Part shown: positions 10,152 through 20,089 of the stretch, in pieces
Layout of the letters: every line of letters starts with the position of its first letter
How positions within the stretch are numbered: the stretch's first letter is position 1
Source of the DNA: an uncultured bacterium
GTDB lineage: Bacteria; Patescibacteriota; Minisyncoccia; Phycocordibacterales; UBA11359
Direction: 5' to 3'
DNA length: 64,000 nt
Assembly: GCA_903831815.1 (NCBI GenBank)
Contig: CAIKZC010000002.1
Location: 7,244-71,243 of the forward strand
The notes under the pieces: model-generated
The model's input: only the letters and a program-made list of their open reading frames with translations
The model's database searches: none
Told to the model about the DNA's origin: nothing
Made by a program: the position numbers and the translations under genes

Positions 10152-10248
10152 AAACAGGCAGTCCTGAGGGCACAGGTAAATTTCCTGCTGGAAATTTCCT
10201 TCACACTCGCGCCGTCGCGCTCCGTGAGTCCCTCAGGACTGCCTGTTT
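10152..10248 (+). repeat. Structured dispersed repeat, copy 1
   Basis: 65-nt core 10168-10232 enclosed by a perfect 16-bp inverted repeat aaacaggcagtcctga/tcaggactgcctgttt. Confidence 0.9.
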
Positions 10249-10348
10249 TTCGCTTTACCTCCTCTTCACTTGCATTTGCGAATCATCTGAGTAGTATGAT
10301 AAACAGAAATGATTGTTCTAATACCCTCTAACCTTGGGAGACTTATCC

Positions 10349-10789
10349 ATGAGAACTTCAGTGTGGCCCGATTGGTTTCATCATCACGGAACCAAAGTCC
10401 GCGTCAAAGACGGATGCTCTCCAAATCTACTCATTCTGGAAAGTAGCGCCGGAAGTCTGGTGATACGGCGAAAGAGCGACAACAAATGGACTGTGGACTG
10501 GTAAGTCAGCCAATCCGAGGAAACAGGTGAATTTTCGACCGGAAGACGAATCTTCACGTCAGATGAACTTCGGATTGCCTTTGGATTGAAGGAAACTGGG
10601 ACGCCCTCTGATAGTCCCTCTTTCTTTGACAAGTGGGACTGCGACCGCGCGTTCCAGGGGAAATTCGTCGCAAAAGCTCAGTATCTAAACATTCCGGAGG
10701 GCGGCTCCGGTTTTGATGGAAACCCCAACATATCCATTGAAATCGATGATGCTATCCGTGATGCGGTGAGGAACATTGTGGAATACTGA
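10349..10789 (+). pseudogene. Hypothetical gene interrupted by an in-frame TAA
   Basis: GGGAG SD and ATG 10349; TAA at 10502-10504; the same frame stays open to TGA 10789; own promoter and terminator. Confidence 0.6.
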
Positions 10790-10812
10790 GTTTTTCCAAC
10801 ACCTATCGAACC

Positions 10813-10846
10813 TAGCCGACCCAATTACGGGCCGGCTTCTTTTTTT
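10813..10846 (+). terminator. Intrinsic terminator
   Basis: agccgaccc...gggccggct hairpin followed by a T tract. Confidence 0.65.
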
Positions 10847-10910
10847 GTTTTTTCTAGTAGACAAATCCCCTATTTTGCCCTAGAATGGCCTTACATTAAC
10901 CAAAAATATC

Positions 10911-11483
10911 ATGCTTGAATACAACGAAATCACCGTTCACAAGTACATTATCTACGAGGATCAGCCATTTGAAGTAATGGATTCTCACGTTTTCCGCAAA
11001 CAACAGCGCAAGCCGGTCAATGCCGTCAAAATGCGTAATATGATCAGTGGCAACATGAAAGAAGTTTCTTTCCACGTTACTGATAAAGTAGAGGCAGCTG
11101 AGCTTTCAAAGCGCGATATTAAGTATCTCTATACCAACCGAGGCGAGATTTGGTTCTGCGAAATCAACGATCCTTCAAAGCGTTTTCAACTTTCAACCGA
11201 GCTTGTTGGTGACAGAATTAAATTCATGAAGCCAAATTCCCTTCTAAACGTTCTAATTTTTGAAGAAGGAATCATTGGTGTGGAAATGCCAATCAAAGTC
11301 GACCTCAAAGTCACCGATGCTCCTCACGCCGTTCGAGGTGATACATCAAAAGGAGGAAACAAACAGATAACACTCGAAACTGGCGCAATTATCAACGGTC
11401 CAATGTTCATTAACGAAGGTGATGTTGTCCGCATCAACACCGAAACCGGCGAATACACCGAACGTGTCGGCGGAAAATTTTAA
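10911..11483 (+). CDS. efp: Elongation factor P
   Basis: AVRGDT, LETGA...PMFINEGDVVRINTETGEYTER. Confidence 0.95.
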   Translation: MLEYNEITVHKYIIYEDQPFEVMDSHVFRKQQRKPVNAVKMRNMISGNMKEVSFHVTDKVEAAELSKRDIKYLYTNRGEIWFCEINDPSKRFQLSTELVGDRIKFMKPNSLLNVLIFEEGIIGVEMPIKVDLKVTDAPHAVRGDTSKGGNKQITLETGAIINGPMFINEGDVVRINTETGEYTERVGGKF

Positions 11484-11570
11484 TTGACTTCTTTTTTGAA
11501 AGGAATATAATCATATTTGATTATGGGCTTCGGCCTCCGAGAAACCACGTTAAAAGCGTGGTTTCGTTGT
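11484..11570 (+). ncRNA. Candidate small RNA (or 25-codon sORF) with its own promoter
   Basis: TTGACT-N16-TATAAT, then a cUUCGg hairpin and a gaaaccacg/cgtggtttc hairpin. Confidence 0.3.
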
Positions 11571-11648
11571 ATCTACAAACAATTCTTTACACTTGATTAA
11601 CAGCGTAAATTCTAAAATTATGAAATTTGAGAAACTTTATTCCTATTT

Positions 11649-11861
11649 TTATTTTTTTTCGTAAAGCCAACCAACAAAAATACCTAAAAAAACTAATATC
11701 ACAAGAAGCCATAAAGAAATCGGAATCTCTATTCCACAAAGACCACCTCTGTAACCAGAATTCGAACATTTAAAAAAACTATGGAGTAATAAACCGATGG
11801 GGAAAAAACTAACAATCAAACCGACTGCCCCTCCCCTCAACCAATATCTTTTTGTTTTCAT
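11649..11861 (-). CDS. Small two-TM membrane protein (70 aa)
   Basis: MKTKRYWLRGGAVGLIV...; TGTTATTAT 6 nt before ATG 11861. Confidence 0.6.
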   Translation of the reverse strand: MKTKRYWLRGGAVGLIVSFFPIGLLLHSFFKCSNSGYRGGLCGIEIPISLWLLVILVFLGIFVGWLYEKK

Positions 11862-11915
11862 GGGTTTATAATAACACACTGTTTGATGATTTGTTGTGCA
11901 CATCTTTTGCGGACG

Positions 11916-12009
11916 AGAGTGCCTATGCAGGGACTCACGGAGCGCGACTGGCGCGAGTGTGAAGGCAATTTTCAGCAGAAAATTGACCTGTGCCCTGCAT
12001 AGGCACTCT
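11916..12009 (-). repeat. Structured dispersed repeat, copy 2
   Basis: Core 11930-11995 with compensatory changes, enclosed by a 14-bp IR agagtgcctatgca/tgcataggcactct. Confidence 0.9.
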
Positions 12010-12027
12010 TGGTAGCAAAAGTAATAC

Positions 12028-12059
12028 ACAAAAAAACCACCGAGCGGTGGTTTTTTTGT
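12028..12059 (-). terminator. Terminator of rpsF-ssb-rpsR
   Basis: acaaaaaaaccaccg-ag-cggtggtttttttgt. Confidence 0.8.
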
Positions 12060-12070
12060 TAATTCGCAAA

Positions 12071-12271
12071 TTATCGAACCACAAACGGCATCAAGCCCAA
12101 GAATCTCGCCCGCTTCAAAGCATTAGCGAGTTGTCGCTGATGATTGGCTGAAACACCCGTACGCTTGCGCGCAATAAGACGACCATGTGGGTTAACAAAT
12201 TTCTTGATAACCTCAATGTCCTTGTAATCAATATATGCAACTTTGTTTTGTGATAGGAAATTTTGCTTCAT
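12071..12271 (-). CDS. rpsR: 30S ribosomal protein S18 (Zn-free type)
   Basis: IDYKD...RKRTG...HQRQLANALKRARFLGLMPF; no Cys ligands. Confidence 0.95.
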   Translation of the reverse strand: MKQNFLSQNKVAYIDYKDIEVIKKFVNPHGRLIARKRTGVSANHQRQLANALKRARFLGLMPFVVR

Positions 12272-12276
12272 AAAGT

Positions 12277-12765
12277 TTAAAATGGAATATCTTCTGCGTT
12301 AATTTCTTCTTCTGGATACTCGATCGCACCCCCTACATCCGCCCCTGCGTCCTTGGCAGCACCTGCTGCACCTTTGCCCCCCTTTTCTGTCTTACTTGCT
12401 GGGGCTCCCGTACTTGCTCCTACCGCACCACCTTCTCGACGAGGACCAAACTGGACTCTGTCAGCCACGATTTCCGTGCGATACTTCTTTTCGCCTGATG
12501 TTTTGTCATCCCAAGAACGTGTTTGCATGCGACCTTCAACCAAAACTGATGCTCCTTTTTTCAAATATTGTGCTGCGGTTTCTGCTTGGCGACCAAATAC
12601 TACGACGTTGTGATAATCTGTACTCTCCTGCTTTGCTCCGTTCTTGTCTTTCCAAACTCGATTGGTAGCAACAGCGAAACTTGTGACTTGAATCCCCGAA
12701 GGCAAAGCCTTCATTTCTGGGTCTCGTGTTAAGTTTCCGATGACGATTGCTTTGTTAAAATACAT
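12277..12765 (-). CDS. ssb: Single-stranded DNA-binding protein
   Basis: NKAIVIGNLTRDPE; acidic EDIPF tail. Confidence 0.98.
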   Translation of the reverse strand: MYFNKAIVIGNLTRDPEMKALPSGIQVTSFAVATNRVWKDKNGAKQESTDYHNVVVFGRQAETAAQYLKKGASVLVEGRMQTRSWDDKTSGEKKYRTEIVADRVQFGPRREGGAVGASTGAPASKTEKGGKGAAGAAKDAGADVGGAIEYPEEEINAEDIPF

Positions 12766-12774
12766 ACGATTTGA

Positions 12775-13248
12775 TTAAGCAACAGTTAGATCGCTGACAG
12801 TCTTGTCGATAGACTTATCCATATCTTCTGTTGAAACTGGATGTTTTGCACCGCCTTCTGCCATATTTTTGTCAGAAGTTTCGATATCCAATTTGCTCGA
12901 GAGCAAAGTATGCTCACGAACAGTGTTAATAAGGAGGAGGCGTAAGATAGACTCGACTTCTTTCACCTCTTTTTCAATGAGACGCACCTCGACAGGAGCG
13001 GCTTCAAACTTGATCCAACCAAAATAGGCGCTGTCGAAACGTCGGTTTACTGTCCCGATTTTTTTAACCATAGTATAAGCCAAAGAACGAAGTGATGCTG
13101 TCTCGTCAGACAAAACTGTCGCTTTATGCTTGCTGAGAACGTCCTTTATAGTACTAATTTCCGCAGCAATTTTTTCTGCTGGAATTGAAGGCACTATTAA
13201 ATAGCCAATCTCATATACTTTTACGTCTCGTTCCGCTGTTTTTTCCAT
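12775..13248 (-). CDS. rpsF: 30S ribosomal protein S6
   Basis: YEIGYLI...RSLAY...ILRLLLI; canonical rpsF-ssb-rpsR order. Confidence 0.9.
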   Translation of the reverse strand: MEKTAERDVKVYEIGYLIVPSIPAEKIAAEISTIKDVLSKHKATVLSDETASLRSLAYTMVKKIGTVNRRFDSAYFGWIKFEAAPVEVRLIEKEVKEVESILRLLLINTVREHTLLSSKLDIETSDKNMAEGGAKHPVSTEDMDKSIDKTVSDLTVA

Positions 13249-13304
13249 AAATTACAGCCTATCACAGGCCTTTTGGTTATGCAATAGTTATAGCAAATTA
13301 GGGT

Positions 13305-13350
13305 TAAAATATTTATAAAAAAATTATAAAGAAATTCTAAAGATTTTTAG
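13305..13350. repeat. AT-rich 11-bp-periodic element, copy B (upstream of the rpsF promoter)
   Basis: TAAAATATTTATAAAAAAATTATAAAGAAATTCTAAA. Confidence 0.65.
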
Positions 13351-14145
13351 AGCGTTATTTACAAGATTTTTTTTCATTTCTTCTGTTGAAATACCCTTTA
13401 TTTGAGCCATTTTTTCGACTACTTGTTCAACATAGGACGGTTCGTTGCGTTCACCTCGATGTGGAATTGGAGCCACAAACGGCGCATCAGTCTCACTCAT
13501 AATCATATCAAGCGGAGCGTATTTTACCGCTTCATCATAGGCTTTTACAAAAGTTATGACGCCGGTAAACGATACGGAAAAACCAAGATTCAGGTATTTT
13601 TGCTCAATTTCTGTTGTCCCCGTGAAAAAGTGGGCATTACCCCGCAATTTTTCGCCGTATATTTTCTTTTTTGCCGCTAAAATATCCAAAACATCTTCGT
13701 GAGCATTGCGCACATGCAACATCATCGGTTTGTCATACTTCGCCGCAAAGTCGATTTGTTTTTCAAAATCTTTTTTCTGGCGAATTTTATCTGCTTCGGT
13801 AATTGTGTCGCTCGGAATATTAGGATCATTTTTCGATCGACCGTAATCCAAACCACACTCACCTATCGCTACCACTTTTGGATGCACGACCAGTTTTGCA
13901 AACCCCTCTTCATTAAAAGTTTGTGTCGACACATCATCAGGACCATCGTGTGGATGAAGCCCGATAGCTGTATAAACATTTTTATGTTTCTCGGCAATTT
14001 CAATCTCTTTTTTTGAAGTTTCCAAATTTACGCCGACACTAATCGTCCAAACTCCCCTTTCCAACATACGAGCAATAACCTCCTCACGATCCTTGTCGTA
14101 GTCGGGAAAATGCAAATGTGAATGGATATCAAAAAATTCAGGCAT
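13324..14145 (-). CDS. tatD: TatD family DNase
   Basis: DIHSH, GLHP, IGECGLD, ETDAPF, RNEP. Confidence 0.95.
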   Translation of the reverse strand: MPEFFDIHSHLHFPDYDKDREEVIARMLERGVWTISVGVNLETSKKEIEIAEKHKNVYTAIGLHPHDGPDDVSTQTFNEEGFAKLVVHPKVVAIGECGLDYGRSKNDPNIPSDTITEADKIRQKKDFEKQIDFAAKYDKPMMLHVRNAHEDVLDILAAKKKIYGEKLRGNAHFFTGTTEIEQKYLNLGFSVSFTGVITFVKAYDEAVKYAPLDMIMSETDAPFVAPIPHRGERNEPSYVEQVVEKMAQIKGISTEEMKKNLVNNALKIFRISL

Positions 14146-14161
14146 GATAGAGGTTCCGCCG

Positions 14162-15616
14162 TTAATCTTTTCGCATAAAGAGAGGTTTTTCGGGCATCGA
14201 GTTGTTTTTTATGATGTCTTTGATTTTTTCGGAAGTTTCCGGAAGTAACGGAGCCAACATGCAAGCGACATTGTAGAGACGAACAGCTAATTCAGAAATT
14301 ATTTCAATCGCTTTTTCTTTGTCAGTTTTGATTAATTTAAAGGGAGCAGTTGTCTGAATCATTGTGTCCAACTCCCCAATTTCGGCCCACACAATATCTG
14401 CCGCTTTTTTAAGATCGAAACTTTCGATTGCGTCTTTATAATTTTGTGGAATGTTATTTTCAGGAATTTTTATAGGCTCGACGAGATTAGTCGAAGCCAT
14501 TTTCATGACACGACTCACTAAGTTACCGAGACCGTTGGCTAAATTGGCGTTGTACGACAGTTTAAATTGCTCGAGAGTAAATGGTGAGTCTTCGAAAGGT
14601 TGCAATTCGCGCAAAACGAAATAGCGCAAGGCATCAATACCGTATTCAGAGACGATATCGCGAGGATCAACCACATTACCGAGACTCTTGCTCATTTTGA
14701 CGCCGCCGGCCCCCGTCACGAAGCCGTCGACTACGATAGTGTGCGTCGGCGGGAGGCCGGCGGAAACTAGCATTGCCTGCCACATAGCCGATTGCTGTCG
14801 CAAATTATCTTTGCCGCAGTATTGCACCGGTGTGCCACTGACCCAAAACTTTTCGAATTGCTCCTTATTTTCCGGCCAACCTAAAGTAGTAATATAGTTA
14901 GTCAAAGCATCAAACCACACATACATCACCTGTTTGTCGTCTCCCGGCACCGGCACGCCCCAAGGCATTTTGCTGGCTAAACGCGAAATACTGAAATCCT
15001 CCAAACCGCGTTCGACAAAAGCCCGTATCTCACGCAAACGGTTATCCGGCACAACCATTTTTGGATTCGCTACATACAAATCAAGTAATGCTTTTTGATA
15101 TTTGGAAAAACGAAAAAAATAATTTTCTTCGTCAATAAGTTCAATCGTTAGATTTGGGTGAAGCGGACATTTGCCATCAACAAGTTCCGAATCCGTTTTT
15201 TCCAACTCACAACCGACACAGTATTTTATTTTATAGGTTTTTTTGTAGATATCGCCGGCTTTTTCGCAAAGTTTCCAAAACTCCTGCGCCGCTTTTATAT
15301 GATGAGCATCCGTCGTTCGTACAATATGTATATCCGAAGTCATACCAACCTCTTTTATAAACTTCTGAAAGTTTGGAGCGAAGCCGTCAACGTACTTTTG
15401 CGGCTCTATCCCCTGCTCAGCTGCTTTCTTAAAAATTTTCAAACCATGCTCATCAGTTCCGGTATTAAAAAACACTTCATATCCCATCAGCTTTTTATAT
15501 CGCGCAATGACGTCGGCGCGAACAAACTCCAATGCGTGCCCCAAATGCAGATCAGCGTTCACGTACGGCAACGTTGTTGTAATATAAAAGTTATTGGAGT
15601 GACTCTCGTTTTTCAT
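14162..15616 (-). CDS. metG: Methionyl-tRNA synthetase (short form without C-terminal OB domain)
   Basis: PYVN...HLGH, GTDEHG, YVWFDAL, KMSKS. Confidence 0.97.
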   Translation of the reverse strand: MKNESHSNNFYITTTLPYVNADLHLGHALEFVRADVIARYKKLMGYEVFFNTGTDEHGLKIFKKAAEQGIEPQKYVDGFAPNFQKFIKEVGMTSDIHIVRTTDAHHIKAAQEFWKLCEKAGDIYKKTYKIKYCVGCELEKTDSELVDGKCPLHPNLTIELIDEENYFFRFSKYQKALLDLYVANPKMVVPDNRLREIRAFVERGLEDFSISRLASKMPWGVPVPGDDKQVMYVWFDALTNYITTLGWPENKEQFEKFWVSGTPVQYCGKDNLRQQSAMWQAMLVSAGLPPTHTIVVDGFVTGAGGVKMSKSLGNVVDPRDIVSEYGIDALRYFVLRELQPFEDSPFTLEQFKLSYNANLANGLGNLVSRVMKMASTNLVEPIKIPENNIPQNYKDAIESFDLKKAADIVWAEIGELDTMIQTTAPFKLIKTDKEKAIEIISELAVRLYNVACMLAPLLPETSEKIKDIIKNNSMPEKPLFMRKD

Positions 15617-15637
15617 AGGCAAAATTTTATGACTAAA

Positions 15638-16732
15638 TTATAGTACGACGTGTGATTCCGCAACTTGTGCTTGAACAGCTTCTTTGGCGGCCGGATTTTT
15701 GCCACGCTCAACGTCGCGCAAATATTCCATACCAATAGTCGCAAGAGGCACCGATATGACAAGGCCCAAAAATCCGGCCAGCTCATACCCGGCAATAAGA
15801 GAAATAATCACAATAATCGGATTGATTCCAACAATTTTGCGAACAACTAAAGGATAAATCAATTGATTTTCCAGTTGATGAATCAACAAATACATACCGG
15901 CGACAATAAGCGCCAAAGTAAAACCGCTATCAAGATACGAAAAGATCACCGCCGGGATAGCACCAATTATAGGCCCAAAAAGCGGTATAAATTCGCAAAT
16001 AGCGATGAACAAACTCAAAATTAATGCATCTTTAATTCCGAGTAAAGTTAGACCTAGATATGTGAGCAATCCGACAATAATGCTTAGCAACAATTGTCCT
16101 TGCATCCACTGACCTATTTTTCTTTGCGAACGTTTCCAAAGATCAAGTACGTATGGCTCATGTCGCACCGGCGCAATTATTTTCAAGAAATTACCGACTC
16201 CATCACGTTGAACTGACAAATAAAATGACAAAACAAATATGACGATGAAACTGACAACTCCTCCGACAAGAGATGAAGCTGCGTTGATAAATCCGCCGGA
16301 AATGGATGAAAATGAGTTACTGAAAGCGGCAACAGCATCTTTAAAAGACAAAGCTCCGGTCAAAGCTTCAACAAAAGGTTTCCATGTCAGTACTCCAAAC
16401 TGGTTGCTTGTATTATTGATAGCGGTGTATTTTTGAAGTGAATCGAACAAAGTCAAAACTTCCTGAAAAAGTTTCGGTAAAACGAAATAGAAAATTCCGA
16501 CAACTACTAGCGCGCTTACGAGATAAACAAAAAGAACCGCCAGCAATCGAGGTATTCTGCGCTGTTCAAACCATGAAGCCGCTGGCTCAATTGCCGATGC
16601 AATTATAACTGCCGTGAGCAAAACGAGAATAAGGTTTTTGAGAATCAGAACGACGGCAAAAAGCACAATGATAAGCAGTGTTCTCACAATGCTATCTGTT
16701 GAAATTGAGAACGTAACTTTATCCTTGTTCAT
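15638..16732 (-). CDS. AI-2E family (PerM-like) transporter
   Basis: Multi-TM; FIPLFGP, QLENQLIYP, GFLGLVISVP. Confidence 0.9.
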   Translation of the reverse strand: MNKDKVTFSISTDSIVRTLLIIVLFAVVLILKNLILVLLTAVIIASAIEPAASWFEQRRIPRLLAVLFVYLVSALVVVGIFYFVLPKLFQEVLTLFDSLQKYTAINNTSNQFGVLTWKPFVEALTGALSFKDAVAAFSNSFSSISGGFINAASSLVGGVVSFIVIFVLSFYLSVQRDGVGNFLKIIAPVRHEPYVLDLWKRSQRKIGQWMQGQLLLSIIVGLLTYLGLTLLGIKDALILSLFIAICEFIPLFGPIIGAIPAVIFSYLDSGFTLALIVAGMYLLIHQLENQLIYPLVVRKIVGINPIIVIISLIAGYELAGFLGLVISVPLATIGMEYLRDVERGKNPAAKEAVQAQVAESHVVL

Positions 16733-16749
16733 ACAAGGCAATAGTAACA

Positions 16750-18114
16750 CTAAATAGTGATTTTTGAAAGAATGTCCGAAATGGCTACCCTCTCCTGTTT
16801 TCCGCTATCGCGTTCGCGTATAGTGACCATATTATCGGTCAAAGTTTCAAAATCGACGGTGATGCAATATGGTGTACCAATTTCATCCTGTCGTCGATAA
16901 CGTTTACCAATATTACCGTTATCATCAAACATAATTTGAGGAATTTGTTTTTTGATCATATCGTAAACTTCACGAGCTTTTTCAACCAAATTTGGTTTGT
17001 TTTTTAGAAGAGGAAAAACCGCCGCTTTGATTGGAGCAAGATTTGTTGGAAATTTTAGAAAAACACGTTTCTCACCCCCCAATTCATCTTCGGTGTATGC
17101 TTTGGAGATTACAGCAAGAACATGTCTCCCTAAACCAAAAGTTGGCTCAAGAACATGGGGCACAGAACGCGTGTTATCAATCGGATCCAAATAAGATAGA
17201 TCCTTGCCGCTATTTTCAATATGATTTTTAAGGTCAAAATCGGTTCGATATGCCAAACCGGCAATTTCGTCAAATTTCTGCGGATAATTAAAATGAAAAT
17301 CAACTGTTCGTTTTGAATAATGAGCACGATCACCTTCTTCGATTTCGATTTCTTTAATATCTTCTTTGGTGAATCCGAGCAACTCGAACCATTTATGCAT
17401 TTGTTTTAACCAATATTCAAATTGTTCTTTCCATTGTTGTTCTTTAACAAAATATTCAAATTCCATTATCTCAAGCTCACGAACGCGAAATATAAAATCG
17501 CGAGGCGCTATTTCGTTACGGAATGAACGACCGATTTGAGCCATACCAAAAGGAAGTTTTGGATGATATGAATCTAAAATATTTTTGAAATTAACAAACA
17601 TTCCCTGAGCGGTTTCAGGTCTTAAATAAACAGTCGTATCCCCTCCTTCAATAGAACCGACCGAGGTTCTGAACATCATGTTAAATTGTTGTGGTGCAGT
17701 TAAATCATTGCCATCCGGGCTTTTAATTTTCTTTTCAACAATAATTTTACCCATTTCTTCCAAACTCATACCTTTTGGATCAACGCCAGCTTCTTCGAGC
17801 AAATGATCCGCTCGGAATCTTTTTTTGGTCTTTTTGTCTTCAACAAGCGGATCAGAAAAACCTCCAACATGACCGCTGGCTTCCCAGACTCGAGGATTCA
17901 TGAGAATAGCCGAATCAATACCAAACATATCATCACGAGAATCAACAAAAAAACGCCACCAAAGATTTTCTATATTTTTCTTGAGAGCCAAACCAAGAGG
18001 ACCATAGTCCCATGTGCCGGCAAGTCCTCCATATATCTCCGAGCCCTGATAAATAAAACCGCGTCGTTTGCAAAGCGAAACTAGTTTCTCCATGAGTTCA
18101 ATGTCTTTGGTCAT
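16750..18114 (-). CDS. glyQS: Glycyl-tRNA synthetase (alpha2, class IIa type)
   Basis: LCKRRGF..SEIYGG, LRPETAQG, FRNEI, IGKRYRRQDEIGTP. Confidence 0.97.
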   Translation of the reverse strand: MTKDIELMEKLVSLCKRRGFIYQGSEIYGGLAGTWDYGPLGLALKKNIENLWWRFFVDSRDDMFGIDSAILMNPRVWEASGHVGGFSDPLVEDKKTKKRFRADHLLEEAGVDPKGMSLEEMGKIIVEKKIKSPDGNDLTAPQQFNMMFRTSVGSIEGGDTTVYLRPETAQGMFVNFKNILDSYHPKLPFGMAQIGRSFRNEIAPRDFIFRVRELEIMEFEYFVKEQQWKEQFEYWLKQMHKWFELLGFTKEDIKEIEIEEGDRAHYSKRTVDFHFNYPQKFDEIAGLAYRTDFDLKNHIENSGKDLSYLDPIDNTRSVPHVLEPTFGLGRHVLAVISKAYTEDELGGEKRVFLKFPTNLAPIKAAVFPLLKNKPNLVEKAREVYDMIKKQIPQIMFDDNGNIGKRYRRQDEIGTPYCITVDFETLTDNMVTIRERDSGKQERVAISDILSKITI

Positions 18115-18152
18115 ATTCAATATCCTAGTACATTTAGAGAGCTAACGCAAAA

Positions 18153-20054
18153 TTATCTATTCACCACGCCCCATCCACTCTTAAATTGCGGGTCATCAAT
18201 GATATCCGTCGTCACAGAATCTGCTGACGATGTCAAAGCGGAATTTGTATATGTATCGTTGGCCTTTAAAGTGCTGTCTCCCATCAAGATCGGTATTGTG
18301 CCAACTTGAGAGAGACTTGGTAAGATCGAAACTTGGAAAGAAACTTGTCTTGGCGCGGAAGTGAATCCTGTATTGGTTTTAATATTTCCAACATTCCAAT
18401 CAACTTCGCCGGAAATAGGATCGTAAGTCAACGCTTCATTTTGTGGACTCACATTATTTAGAAACTTCACATATGAAGGCAAAACTGCCGACACCACAAC
18501 GTTTGAAATGTTGTTAAATGTATTGGAAATAGACCAATTTATCGTATACGTCGTATTTTGTTCGACTTTTGGCGGGATCGGTCCGGTATTATTTAAAGAT
18601 CCGGAACTATAAACGGCATTTGCCATAAGAGCAATATTTGAAGCTACGACGACACTGCGAGAAATGCCTGAAGAGATCGATATATTCCCGCTGCTTCCGA
18701 CCTGCGTAGCATTGACATTAGTGGACAGATTTATCTTCTGACTGCTTTTGGAATAAGAAGCGCCAACCGAGTACGGCAAAGTTTTAAAACTAAACTGCAC
18801 GGTACCTTTATCGCCCGGACTCAAAAAACCAAGTGCTGGAAGATTCCTTTTATCCCAAGTAATCGTATTGTCGGCCGATTGATAAAATCCTTGCGTCGAA
18901 AAAATATTATTTTTATCCAGTATCACGCCATCAAATTTCACCACGATCACGGCATCCGAAATGGAGGTCGACATATTATTGCTGTACGAAAGAGTCGCGT
19001 TGACAATATCCCCCGCCCTCACCGGATAAGGGTTTGAATTATTGTTATCGAAGGTCAAATCCAATCCGATAAAAGGTTTTTGGATCTTAACTGTTTCCGT
19101 ATCGGCATAAAAAACCGTTGCGATTTTATGAGTGTCTATGGGATTGTTAATGCCGACATTAAATTTGAAAGCTCGGTCCTCATTTTCTTGACCTTCAATT
19201 TTTCCGCTTACCATTATAGTTTTGTTTTCACCGGGAGCCAGATCGCCGATTTGCCAAACATTATTGTCTAGGCTTGCCGAAGGAACGGCATTTTTGAAGG
19301 TAAATCCAAATGGATATTGAGCATTAAGAGCCAAATTATTGAGAACTTCCGTGGAGTTTGAAGTTACAGTCACGGCAAAGGAAACATCCTGTCCAGAATT
19401 CACCTCCGCGACATGAGAAACGACCACCGAGACCGGGCTGGCGCCAAGAGTAAATAAATAATCTTTATTTCTTGCGAATAAGTTAGTCGAACCTAAAACA
19501 TGATACTCAACCGAAATTTTTATTTTTTCTTGAGTTCCTTCGAGTCCAAAAAATGCCGCATTAAAAGTGCGATCCAAATGGCCACCCGTTGCGAGGTTAC
19601 CGAGAGATATATGATCTTGAACTAAGGGTTCGGTTTGCGAAGCGTCCTTTCTGGCGCCATCCGGGTATTCGATATTTAAATATGCATCCTGCAGATCAAC
19701 CTGATTTTTGTTATCTATGGAAACAGCAAATGTCGAATCTCTACCCGCATCAATCGTCGGAGATCCGGTAACGGCAATATCGACATTGTCGGCTGAAATA
19801 GTGTTATAGCCGTTGTAATAAATGAATCCGGCGATACAAACTGCGACAAAAAAGAAAATGAAAGAAAACCAGACCAAAATTTTACCCAAAGGCCATTTGG
19901 TTTTTTTAATTGTATCAATTGGCGGAGTCCAAGTATCCTTTACTTCGTAAGTTTTATTGGGAAGATCATGAACGGGACTATCGGGCTTGAAATTTTGACG
20001 TGAATAAAGAGTCTTTTTTAAATCTTCAATTTTATTTTTATCGTCGGGGAACAT
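18153..20054 (-). CDS. Membrane-anchored multi-Ig (DUF11-like) surface protein
   Basis: One N-terminal TM; repeated W.IGDL.PG beta-sandwich motifs. Confidence 0.8.
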   Translation of the reverse strand: MFPDDKNKIEDLKKTLYSRQNFKPDSPVHDLPNKTYEVKDTWTPPIDTIKKTKWPLGKILVWFSFIFFFVAVCIAGFIYYNGYNTISADNVDIAVTGSPTIDAGRDSTFAVSIDNKNQVDLQDAYLNIEYPDGARKDASQTEPLVQDHISLGNLATGGHLDRTFNAAFFGLEGTQEKIKISVEYHVLGSTNLFARNKDYLFTLGASPVSVVVSHVAEVNSGQDVSFAVTVTSNSTEVLNNLALNAQYPFGFTFKNAVPSASLDNNVWQIGDLAPGENKTIMVSGKIEGQENEDRAFKFNVGINNPIDTHKIATVFYADTETVKIQKPFIGLDLTFDNNNSNPYPVRAGDIVNATLSYSNNMSTSISDAVIVVKFDGVILDKNNIFSTQGFYQSADNTITWDKRNLPALGFLSPGDKGTVQFSFKTLPYSVGASYSKSSQKINLSTNVNATQVGSSGNISISSGISRSVVVASNIALMANAVYSSGSLNNTGPIPPKVEQNTTYTINWSISNTFNNISNVVVSAVLPSYVKFLNNVSPQNEALTYDPISGEVDWNVGNIKTNTGFTSAPRQVSFQVSILPSLSQVGTIPILMGDSTLKANDTYTNSALTSSADSVTTDIIDDPQFKSGWGVVNR

Positions 20055-20089
20055 GAATAATATTATACCACAGGAGTAAACTCGCGCTT

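Noticed and set aside
10502-10504. Alternative genetic code or stop readthrough
   Set aside because: TAA terminates many clear genes here (recA, efp, thyA), and TGA/TAG also act as stops
11862-12029. N-terminal extension of the 11649..12029 ORF
   Set aside because: It runs through structured repeat copy 2; a promoter sits just before ATG 11861
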